Of a stretch of DNA of 51,782 bases, positions 39,901 to 47,634 are shown in pieces. The translations under genes were made by a program, and so were the position numbers. The notes under the pieces were generated by a model. The model was not told where the DNA came from and did not search any database. It saw only the letters and a program-made list of their open reading frames with translations. Position 1 is the first letter of the stretch; each line of letters opens with the position of its first letter. Source of the DNA: Dehalococcoidia bacterium (GTDB taxonomy: Bacteria > Chloroflexota > Dehalococcoidia > Lucifugimonadales > Australimonadaceae); assembly GCA_963579845.1 (NCBI GenBank), contig CAUZHS010000004.1, positions 1 through 51,782 on the forward strand, in the 5' to 3' direction.

Positions 39901-40182
39901 CAGCTCGGAGTCCTGCTGGGCTTGGAGGGGCTCCTCGTAGCCTTGACTGGAGTGGGAGCAGGGGTGGGTGTCGGAGCATGGTTGGGCAGCTGGACGCTCC
40001 AGTACCTGGATGTCACCGCCGAGGGAAAAACGGTGATACCGTCGCTGGTGCTCGTTTTGGACGACGGGAGGTTGGCAGCCGCCTTCGGTGGAGTCATGGC
40101 TGCGTTGGCAGCCGCTACGGTCCTCACCTTGGCACAGATGGAAAAGATGAGGCTTGCAGAAGTCTTACGGGTCGAAGAGTAA
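36901..40182 (+). CDS. Large FtsX/MacB-type ABC permease A
   Basis: Two FtsX-like TM blocks (EAALLRSRGA, ELGLLRVLG) with large extracytoplasmic domains; start 36901 or 36907. Confidence 0.85.
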   Translation: MYMGSFQFIRWLSVRRVRRSWRLMLASWLGVMLAVSVVAAAVVYSDAMSNLGLRHVLSATPPQFLDVQLVVNDRPTGLADFQRLGSKVERSIEAHVGALNEGTHRLGQVQPLPLRVLSDEEIRGPRSAYIYFQEGFEDHVRLVSGRMPQDVSVQPDGAPRPLEALIGADLSVLMRWREGTVLALVPFADDPTEQIVLNVVGVVEAIDSSHRFWGGGFPRLDIEDFQSEADLAPVFVRQEDFFSGLGERFPSLLGNFWWFVPLDVEAVTLERAFEVEQSLVEMEAEVSRLFPRSALFQGLGRILNRYDEELALARIPVFLFSSLVVGVVFYYLAMVSWMLAHNRGPEAALLRSRGAGRLQISALLGVGDGLVLTIPAVVVGPLLALMAYRLMPIDTPGFANDASGLSLRLLVAVGITGFASLLLFTLSGVSLAGRSIVEFLGEKARPSGKAALYRYAIDVLVLGGIGLIWWQIRGRGGFLSRELGSDDLDIDLTVLLGPALLMLGASLVLLRVLPWVLRLAAFVASFSRWVWLSHGLDRVARDPLPSGAMAVLLMLVTGLGTFGALFGPTLISGQGDQVRYAIGGEVVVSSPVSFQAEPVAKRQRALESVEGVEAVTPIYNEVVRVTTEDAARFNASLTAVDPGAFSQAAWFRKDFADEDLSSLLRPLQVPLETRHGVPLPEGTEAIGLWLSPQGLTGGDILWARFRDSAGLYDSLQLGRVAQNEWTYIEATLLQRAHLTPPLSLVSVYLSAQSLRGPGGWIALDEVTAIVGQERILLEGFESGGGWEVIPTGSGASDDFILSASAAHTGESGALFSWPPGLGGTGSRGMFISPISLPIPALGSEVFSPGQQIKARLDSVVIPFAIKEVVKDLPTSNQGLSAFLLVDAGTLITYVKTLQQSSGLAPEAYWLALGEGADREVVVDALRGLDGSTTQVQDREAQVREEQDNPLAGQAWSGLTTLYLGALTGVAVFGFVLYASLAFRRHRQELGLLRVLGMTGRQLGVLLGLEGLLVALTGVGAGVGVGAWLGSWTLQYLDVTAEGKTVIPSLVLVLDDGRLAAAFGGVMAALAAATVLTLAQMEKMRLAEVLRVEE

Positions 40183-40229
40183 GGCTATTCGATGTGCAAA
40201 CAGTACCAAGCCCAGGATGTTGATAAGGC

Positions 40230-43200
40230 GTGGGGATGCAGTTTTTAAGACTGTTGAGATTCGCAGTCCGGATGGCACTGCGCCGCACTGCTGCGGACTG
40301 GCGGCTTCAGGTGGCAGCTGGATTCGGAGTGCTGTTGGCGGTGGCGCTCATGGCCTCGTCCGTCATCTTCTCCAATGCGCTCCGGGAGACGGCGTTGCAG
40401 CATACTTTGCGTGGCGCTTCGGACCTAGAGCTGGATCTAGCAGTGGGCGTACCGACCGTGGTGAGCCGTGAGGCTCTGGATGAATCGGGCGGGCTGGTGC
40501 AACAGCGGGTTGTTGATCCCCTTCAAGAGTACCTAACGTATGCGCCGGCTTTCGTACAGACTTCGACCTTCTTCCTGAGTGGTCTGCCGCAGTTTGAGCT
40601 GCCTACTCCCCAAAGACCCCGAGGCCCCATTCATGCAGTAACGGGCTTAGACGATCACATCGATCTACTAGAGGGACGCTCTCCCAGAATTGCGCAAGAC
40701 GAACTGGAGGTCATTATCGATGCTCTTGGGGCAGAGGAGTTGCGACTTTCGGTGGGCGAAAGGTTCGAAATCTTCCCGGCGGTGACGATAGATGAGACCG
40801 CACTGCCGTTCCCGGTGAAGGTTGTTGGTATTTTCGAGCCTCGTAACCCGGATGACCAGTTTTGGCAAGTCGGCTTTCCCAAGAGATACACACGAACGGA
40901 CGACAGTTGGGTCACGATACCTATGTACACCTCCGTGGACGCGTTGGCGGTAACGCTCGGGCCTTCCTTCCCGGGTCTGCGTTCCAATAGTTATCGGCTG
41001 TTGTTTTTGGACCGCGAGGGACTTCGCGCAACCGAAGTAGACGCGTTGCGTGTCAAGCTGCGGACCGCCTTTACAGATGTGTTCATTCTGTGGCCATCTT
41101 CAACATGGGAGACGGAACTGGAGTCACTACTGGATGAGTTCGATTCCTTGTTTACGCTTGCGCGTATTCCCTTGCTTTTGTTGGTCTTCATCGCAATCGG
41201 TATGCTGTTGTATTACCTGTTCCTCATTGCGGGGCTGATGGGCCGGGTCCGCGCTCCTGAGATGGCGCTGCTGCGGAGCAGAGGGGCATCCATTCCGCAG
41301 GTCGGGCTGTTGTTGCTCCTGGAGGGTCTGGTACTCTCAGTGCCCGCCGTGATTCTTGGCCCCTTCACGGCCCTGGCCCTGGTTAACGTCACAGGGAGCC
41401 TGTTCCCCGCCGCTGCGGGAGGCATGGGGCTGGAAGCGGTCGACCTCTCCCGAATGGTCTTCCTCATGGGCGCTGGTGGCGCCCTGCTCGCAGTGATGGT
41501 CTTGACCCTGACCACGCTGAGCACTGCACGGCATGGAATGGTGGAGTTCCGGCGAGCGGGGGCACGGCCGGAGCAAATGCCGTTCCTCCACCGGTACTAT
41601 CTCGACTTGGCGGCGCTGGGTTTTATTGCTTTGGCATGGTGGCAGCTCCAGTCCCGGGGCACCTTTCTCGTGCAGTCGTTAACGGGTGACGATTTGGAGA
41701 TTGATACGACGCTGCTCCTGGGTCCGGTGCTCGGGGTCATGGGCATGGGACTGCTGCTCTTCCGGTTCTTCCCGTGGGTGGTGCTGACGATGAGTTGGAT
41801 TTTGGACCCGGTAGCACCCATGTGGATGTCCCACGCGCTCCGAAGGGTGGGTCGCGCTCCGGTGCAGTTGGGTTCGATTCTCCTGCTTCTGGCGTTGGCA
41901 GTCTCTTTGGGTGTACTCGCCTCCACGTTGACGGCCACCCTGGAACGAGGACAGCAAGAGCAGGCACTCTACGCGGCCGGAGCCGATTTGCGGGTGAGTC
42001 ATAACCTGGGCGAATGGCTTGTCCAGGGAGAGAGCGTTGCGGAGTCATTGGAATCAGTCCCTGGCGTGCTGGCCGCCATGGACGTGGTGCGGTCAAACTC
42101 CAGGGTGGTGAAGGATGGTGGTTCCAGTGCTGTCGACGTTCTGGGGGTGCAGCCGATAGCTTTCCCAGACGTTGCATGGACCCGCGGCGATTTCTCCGAT
42201 GGCTCCGTGGCAGAACTGCTGGAATCGATTGTACCGGAGGAAAGGGCTCCGGCTGGCCTGTTGCTGCCCGCAGATGCGGATAGCCTGAGCATATGGGTCG
42301 AGACAGGTCTTCTTTCCCGCAGCGTTGACCTCTTGGCCAGGCTTCGGGATAGTGAAGGTGTCTATTTCGATGTGGGCTTCGGAAGTCTTATAGGTAGAGG
42401 ATGGCGCCGTCTCGAAGCACCTTTGGAGCCGGTCGGCCCCGCCCAGCGAAGGTTTGGAGGGCAGGCTGCTCAGCCGACTGACCCTGGAATTACGCCCGTG
42501 CCGCCGTATACGCTCCACACCCTTTGGGTTCGTTCTGGTTTTCGTGGGGTGGGAACGGGAGCCCTGTTTTTAGACCAGCTTGAAGCGTTGACTCCCAATG
42601 GGCCAGTGGACATCGCCTCTCTGCAGAGATTAGAGGAGTGGCACGTTTTGGAAGATGCGTCCTCTCCCGGACTTTCGTCTCTGGAGGAGAGTGAGGCGGT
42701 AGCGCGTTCCGGTCGTCGCAGCGTCGGGCTGACGTGGAGCGGATCAGGTAGTAGGGCTGGGATTCGTGGTATGCGATACGGGATGCCGGAAACTGCCTTG
42801 CCTGCCATAGTCAGCCCGTCGTTTTTGGAGAAGAATGAGGCTGATGTGGGAGAGGTGTTGACCATCGCTTATAGTGGAGCATCAATTCCAATACAGATTG
42901 TCAGAGTTGCGAAGTTTCTCCCAACGCTCTTCCCCGAAGACAGGCCGTTTTTGGTCATGGACCTGCGCTCCCTTATGGAGTTTACTGCCCTTCGGGTCCA
43001 AACTCCTCTGGAACCTTTGGCAGAGGCGTGGCTGCAGCTAGATGAGGGGGTGGAAGTCCCCTCTGTGCTCGAAGCTCTCTCAGCACAGGGCGGTAGCCCT
43101 ATGGAGACCTTCGTGGCGGCGGACATGGTCGCGGCTCGCGTGGGGGACCCGCTGCTTATCGCCGGCTGGTCTGGGTTGCTTGCTCTTTCCTTTGTGACGG

Positions 43201-43589
43201 TGTTGTTGGCCAGCTCGTCCGGACTCATCCTCTATATGTACATCGACACCCGGGAACGGAGTGAAGAATTTGCGTTATTGCGGACTATCGGTTTCTCTTC
43301 GATGCAAATCAACGGCGTTCTCTGGTTCAATCTCAGCCTGGCCGTGGTGAGTGGCGCTTTGTTGGGCACGGTGGGTGGGAGGTGGCTTAGCAGTTCGCTT
43401 ATTCCCCTTTTGGAAATGGCCGAAGAAGGGGTGCGCGTCACGCCACCGATGGTTTTGGAGACCAATTGGGCGGTTTTAGGGGCAACGTATGGAATGCTTG
43501 CCGTCGCAGCCGTGGCGACGGTGGGGGCCTTGGCATGGGCAGTATCGCATCTGGATGTGCAACGGGTGCTTCGGCATGGTGAAGGATAA
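40230..43589 (+). CDS. Large FtsX/MacB-type ABC permease B (paralogue of A)
   Basis: EMALLRSRGAS, EFALLRTIG; same architecture as the preceding gene. Confidence 0.85.
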   Translation: MGMQFLRLLRFAVRMALRRTAADWRLQVAAGFGVLLAVALMASSVIFSNALRETALQHTLRGASDLELDLAVGVPTVVSREALDESGGLVQQRVVDPLQEYLTYAPAFVQTSTFFLSGLPQFELPTPQRPRGPIHAVTGLDDHIDLLEGRSPRIAQDELEVIIDALGAEELRLSVGERFEIFPAVTIDETALPFPVKVVGIFEPRNPDDQFWQVGFPKRYTRTDDSWVTIPMYTSVDALAVTLGPSFPGLRSNSYRLLFLDREGLRATEVDALRVKLRTAFTDVFILWPSSTWETELESLLDEFDSLFTLARIPLLLLVFIAIGMLLYYLFLIAGLMGRVRAPEMALLRSRGASIPQVGLLLLLEGLVLSVPAVILGPFTALALVNVTGSLFPAAAGGMGLEAVDLSRMVFLMGAGGALLAVMVLTLTTLSTARHGMVEFRRAGARPEQMPFLHRYYLDLAALGFIALAWWQLQSRGTFLVQSLTGDDLEIDTTLLLGPVLGVMGMGLLLFRFFPWVVLTMSWILDPVAPMWMSHALRRVGRAPVQLGSILLLLALAVSLGVLASTLTATLERGQQEQALYAAGADLRVSHNLGEWLVQGESVAESLESVPGVLAAMDVVRSNSRVVKDGGSSAVDVLGVQPIAFPDVAWTRGDFSDGSVAELLESIVPEERAPAGLLLPADADSLSIWVETGLLSRSVDLLARLRDSEGVYFDVGFGSLIGRGWRRLEAPLEPVGPAQRRFGGQAAQPTDPGITPVPPYTLHTLWVRSGFRGVGTGALFLDQLEALTPNGPVDIASLQRLEEWHVLEDASSPGLSSLEESEAVARSGRRSVGLTWSGSGSRAGIRGMRYGMPETALPAIVSPSFLEKNEADVGEVLTIAYSGASIPIQIVRVAKFLPTLFPEDRPFLVMDLRSLMEFTALRVQTPLEPLAEAWLQLDEGVEVPSVLEALSAQGGSPMETFVAADMVAARVGDPLLIAGWSGLLALSFVTVLLASSSGLILYMYIDTRERSEEFALLRTIGFSSMQINGVLWFNLSLAVVSGALLGTVGGRWLSSSLIPLLEMAEEGVRVTPPMVLETNWAVLGATYGMLAVAAVATVGALAWAVSHLDVQRVLRHGEG

Positions 43590-43608
43590 GGGTGGGGTGG
43601 AGAGATAC

Positions 43609-44511
43609 ATGAAGAAAACAACCGCAACGCTGGGGAGGCCTCTACGGCCAGGCGGTGAGTCGTTCATAGAATGTGTAGACCTGTTTAAGATTTACAAGCG
43701 TGAGGAGTTGGAGGTCGTGGGGCTTCGTGGGCTCGACCTGGAGGTACATGCCGGTGAGTTTTTGGCTATCGTGGGGTCCAGTGGGTCAGGGAAGAGCACG
43801 CTGATGAATGTTCTTGCCGGGTTGGACAAACCCTCAGCCGGGCAGGTGCGCGTTGGCAACAGAGACCTGGTCGAGATGTCAGATAAAGACCGTACCGAAT
43901 ATCGTCGGCGAGAGGTGGGTTTCTTGTGGCAGGCGACTGGTCGTAACTTGCTTGGGTACCTCAGCGCTAGGGAGAACGTCGAGTTGCCCCTGGTCATCGC
44001 CGGGGTTCCAGGGGTTGCTCGGACCAAGCGGGCGATGGAACTCCTTAGCGCGGTGGGCATGGCGGAAAAGGCGGACCGCTCTCCGGCCCAACTCTCCGGT
44101 GGAGAGCAACAGCGGGTCGCGATTAGCGTGGCCCTGGCCAATAGCCCGCCTCTGTTGCTTGCGGACGAGCCGACGGGTGAGCTTGATACCGTGTCTGCGA
44201 CGATGGTTTTTCAGGCGCTCAGGAGCATTTGTGAAGCGGAAGGTGTGACGATAGTCGCAGTGAGTCATTATCCCGGTGTGGCCGAGTTCGTCCACCGCGT
44301 TGTGCGTATCAGGGACGGACGCATCGCTTCCGAGGCAGTGATGACTCCTACCTACCGCCGTCCTGGAGAGGTGGTGCAGCAGGAATATGTGGTCATCGAC
44401 GCAGCAGGCCGTTTGCAACTACCCCAAGAATCATTGGCCAGGCTTGGACGCCCCGACCGTGCCCACGTGGAGGATCAAGAGAGTGGCACGCTCATCAAGC
44501 GAGTGGATTAG
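43609..44511 (+). CDS. ABC ATP-binding protein (LolD/MacB-type) with C-terminal extension
   Basis: [29 protein letters not shown]; start at MKKTT. Confidence 0.92.
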   Translation: MKKTTATLGRPLRPGGESFIECVDLFKIYKREELEVVGLRGLDLEVHAGEFLAIVGSSGSGKSTLMNVLAGLDKPSAGQVRVGNRDLVEMSDKDRTEYRRREVGFLWQATGRNLLGYLSARENVELPLVIAGVPGVARTKRAMELLSAVGMAEKADRSPAQLSGGEQQRVAISVALANSPPLLLADEPTGELDTVSATMVFQALRSICEAEGVTIVAVSHYPGVAEFVHRVVRIRDGRIASEAVMTPTYRRPGEVVQQEYVVIDAAGRLQLPQESLARLGRPDRAHVEDQESGTLIKRVD

Positions 44512-44586
44512 GCGAGCAGTCCTAGTGCTGGGGGGTATTCACCGGCGGCGTAGACTTGGCGGCCCGACGGATGTTGACTAGAGCTC

Positions 44587-45450
44587 CTATGCGTGGGCGA
44601 TAATGCTCAGCCAGTTTCGTTGGACGTACGGGATGTTGTGCTCGTCACGAGTGCCGTGCTCCTCCAGGGCTGGTGCCACAGCCTTACGCATGGCGTCGGC
44701 AGCGGCCTCGGGGTCATAGCCGTGGAGGGCACCTGCCGCGTATTGGTGGAATCCACTGATGTGCTCCCAAGCAGTCCGGTACATGTGGGATGCCGTCTCC
44801 TTCGCTTCGACGATCTTAAAGCCAACGAGTTGCATGAGTTCTTCGTAGTGGGAGCGAGGGAGGAAGTCGCTTGCCTCGGGTCGAGCGGTCCTCTCCTGGC
44901 GGTGCACGCCGATTGAGCGCAGTTGTTCCACCGCTTTTCTCACTTGGGAGCGGTAGAAAGTGCTCGTTTCCGGTGGCCTCGATTCCTGATAGAAGGCCGA
45001 GTTGAAAACGAACCATCCTTGGGGTTTGACGACGCGCTTAATGGAACGGAGCGCTTCCTCTTGCCCCTGGGCGTTCAGGTAATGTATGCCGTTGCCCCAG
45101 ACTGCAACATCCACACTGTTGTCGGGCATGGACATTTCTTGGACGGTTGAATGGACTAGTTTCAGGTCTGACACCGATGGCCCCAGGCGGATGCGTGTCT
45201 GTTCAAGCGCCTCTTCACTCATGTCGAGACACACCACTGAAGGAGTATCCCAACCTTTGGGCAGGTTGTCCAAAAAGAGAGTGACCATGGTGCCGACGCC
45301 GGTGGCGATGTCGAGTAATCGGTCGATTCCCCGGGCACCGTTGTCCCGCATGACTTCAAGCCATCTCGCTACGATGGCGCTGTTCAGCTTCCGATATTCC
45401 TCGGTCTCAGCGAAGGGCTCGTAGATGTATTCCAGGTGTTGTTCTTTCAT
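44587..45450 (-). CDS. Class I SAM-dependent methyltransferase
   Basis: LLDIATGVG motif I, CLDMSEE, DNSVDVAVWGNGIHYL, RVVKPQG; start 45450 or 45468. Confidence 0.85.
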   Translation of the reverse strand: MKEQHLEYIYEPFAETEEYRKLNSAIVARWLEVMRDNGARGIDRLLDIATGVGTMVTLFLDNLPKGWDTPSVVCLDMSEEALEQTRIRLGPSVSDLKLVHSTVQEMSMPDNSVDVAVWGNGIHYLNAQGQEEALRSIKRVVKPQGWFVFNSAFYQESRPPETSTFYRSQVRKAVEQLRSIGVHRQERTARPEASDFLPRSHYEELMQLVGFKIVEAKETASHMYRTAWEHISGFHQYAAGALHGYDPEAAADAMRKAVAPALEEHGTRDEHNIPYVQRNWLSIIAHA

Positions 45451-45486
45451 GTCCCTGCCTTTGGACACTCCAATCCGTGCTAGCGC

Positions 45487-46734
45487 TTAGTTATTGTACC
45501 TGCGGAAGGCCAAGCAAGAGCTATGGCCTCCGAACCCGAAGGAGTTTGAGATGACCAAGCCCGGGCGCAGTTCTCGGGGCGTACCGGGGATGTAATCAAG
45601 GTCGCACTCCGGATCAGGATTGTCGTAGTTCATGGTGGGTGGTGCCCATCCAGTCTGGATGACCTTTATAGAGATGATTGCTTCCAGTGCGCCCGCTGCA
45701 CCTGCGAGGTGGCCTGTCGTGGACTTGGTGGAACTGACGGGGATGCTTCGAGCTACTTCGCCGAAGACCTTGTGAATGGCGAGGGTTTCCACTTTGTCGT
45801 TCAATTGAGTGGAGGTGCCGTGGGCGTTGATGTAGGCGACCTCCGAGATCCCCACTTCTGCATCTTTTAGCGCGGCGCGCATGGCCTCCGTGGCGCCGCG
45901 TCCGCTGGGTTCTGGAGCGGTGATGTGGTACGCGTCGGCAGCTGCGCCGTAACCAGCGATTTCACCCAAGATGTTGGCGCCTCTGGCCCGAGCGTGTGCT
46001 TCGTCTTCCAGGACCAGCATTGCGGCGCCTTCCGAGAGGACGAACCCGTCCCGATCGCGGTCGAAGGGCCTTGAGGCCTTCTGTGGCTCGTGATTGTGGC
46101 TACTGGTGAGAGCCTGGGCTTGCTCGAACGATGCCACACAGATGGGGATAATCACCGCTTCACTTCCCCCTGCGAGCATAGCCTTCACTCTCCCTTTGCG
46201 TACGGCTTCAAACGCAACACCGATGGCATCTGTTGAGGATGCGCACGCCGACGCGGTGGAGAAGGTTGGCCCCCACAGGCCCAAGTGCATAGAGACGACA
46301 CCGGATGCCGCGTTGGGCATGAGCATCGGAACGGTGAAGGGGCTCACTCGCCGGATGCCTTTGTCCCGGAGGTTGAAACTCTGTTCCACAATGGTGGAAA
46401 TGCCGCCTACGCCGCTTCCGACAATACAGCCTACCCCATAGCGCTGGTCATCGCTGAGCGCTAAGTCTGCCTGGCCCATGGCCTCGACAGCCGCAGCCAG
46501 GGCGAGTTGACTGAACCGATCCATACGTCTGGCTTCCTTCCGGTCCATCCAGCGTTCAGGGTCAAACTCGGTGACCTCTCCGGCTATCTCGGTCTTGAGT
46601 TGATACTCTTTGGGATCGAAGGCTGAGATGCGGTCTATTCCGCTCTTGCCCTCCATAAGACTACTCCAACTCTCCTTGACACTAGAGCCGATGGGATTCA
46701 CCGTGCCCATTCCTGTAACAACAACTTTAGCCAT
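45487..46734 (-). CDS. fabF: Beta-ketoacyl-ACP synthase II
   Basis: VVVTGMG, SACAS catalytic Cys, NAHGTST, STKSTTGHLAGAAG, SNSFGFGG. Confidence 0.93.
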   Translation of the reverse strand: MAKVVVTGMGTVNPIGSSVKESWSSLMEGKSGIDRISAFDPKEYQLKTEIAGEVTEFDPERWMDRKEARRMDRFSQLALAAAVEAMGQADLALSDDQRYGVGCIVGSGVGGISTIVEQSFNLRDKGIRRVSPFTVPMLMPNAASGVVSMHLGLWGPTFSTASACASSTDAIGVAFEAVRKGRVKAMLAGGSEAVIIPICVASFEQAQALTSSHNHEPQKASRPFDRDRDGFVLSEGAAMLVLEDEAHARARGANILGEIAGYGAAADAYHITAPEPSGRGATEAMRAALKDAEVGISEVAYINAHGTSTQLNDKVETLAIHKVFGEVARSIPVSSTKSTTGHLAGAAGALEAIISIKVIQTGWAPPTMNYDNPDPECDLDYIPGTPRELRPGLVISNSFGFGGHSSCLAFRRYNN

Positions 46735-46765
46735 GAGTGTTCTGCTTCATTCTTGAAACGAGCCC

Positions 46766-47521
46766 TTACAACTTTACGAACCCACAGTCCACATTCAGGG
46801 TCTGTCCAGTCATTGCCGAGGCTTCGTCGGAGGCTAGGAAGGTTACCACGTTTGCAACCTCTTTAGCCGTGGGAAACCGCTGGAGTGCAGAGCGCTTCAG
46901 CGCCTCGTCCTTGATTAAGGAGCTGGTGTTCTCTGTCAGGTCTGTTTCCAGAAAGCCAGGGTTTACTGTGTTTACGGTTATCCCGCGCTTCCCATACTCC
47001 TGTGCTAAAGAACGGGTGAGTCCTTCGAGTCCCGCCTTCGCCGCAGTGTAGTTTACCTGACCGGCGAGCCCAATTCGGGAGGCTACGCTTCCCACGTTAA
47101 TAATCCGCCCCCAACCCTGCTCCATCATAACGCGGATTGCTATTTGGGATAGCCGGAAGGGCGCGGTCAAATCAAGGTCAATGACCTCCTCCCATGCGTC
47201 GCCCATACGAATGGCGATACCGTCGCGCTTGGTGCCTGCGTTGTTGACCAGAATCGTTGGACTGCCCAGGGCGTTAGTAGCAGCGGTGAACAATTCTTTC
47301 CTGTCCTGGGGCTTGGTGATATCGGCTCGCATAAAGAAGGGACGGCGGCCTGATGCTGCATGCACTGCACTGGCAACTTCTTCAGCTGCCTGGGAATCAG
47401 ATTGGTAGCAGAAGGCGATGGTGGCCCCTGCTTCGGCTAAGGCCATTACGATAGCTCGGCCGAGGCCTCGACTGCCTCCGGTTACCAATGCGATCTTGCC
47501 GTTGAGAGTGGCTGCGCCCAT
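46766..47521 (-). CDS. fabG: 3-oxoacyl-ACP reductase (SDR)
   Basis: TGGSRGLG, LVNNAG, GQVNYTAAKAG, PGFLETD. Confidence 0.88.
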   Translation of the reverse strand: MGAATLNGKIALVTGGSRGLGRAIVMALAEAGATIAFCYQSDSQAAEEVASAVHAASGRRPFFMRADITKPQDRKELFTAATNALGSPTILVNNAGTKRDGIAIRMGDAWEEVIDLDLTAPFRLSQIAIRVMMEQGWGRIINVGSVASRIGLAGQVNYTAAKAGLEGLTRSLAQEYGKRGITVNTVNPGFLETDLTENTSSLIKDEALKRSALQRFPTAKEVANVVTFLASDEASAMTGQTLNVDCGFVKL

Positions 47522-47560
47522 GGGGTTGATTGTAGTGGCTTAGATGGGTATTGGTAAGGG

Positions 47561-47610
47561 CTTTCGCCTCGCGCCCGTGGATAAATATCCGTTGAGGCGC
47601 GGGGCGAAAG
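47561..47610. terminator. Hairpin after nrdJ, probable terminator
   Basis: ctttcgcctcgcgcc...ggcgcggggcgaaag inverted repeat. Confidence 0.6.
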
Positions 47611-47634
47611 AATTGTGTTTGTGTACGGAGAGGC

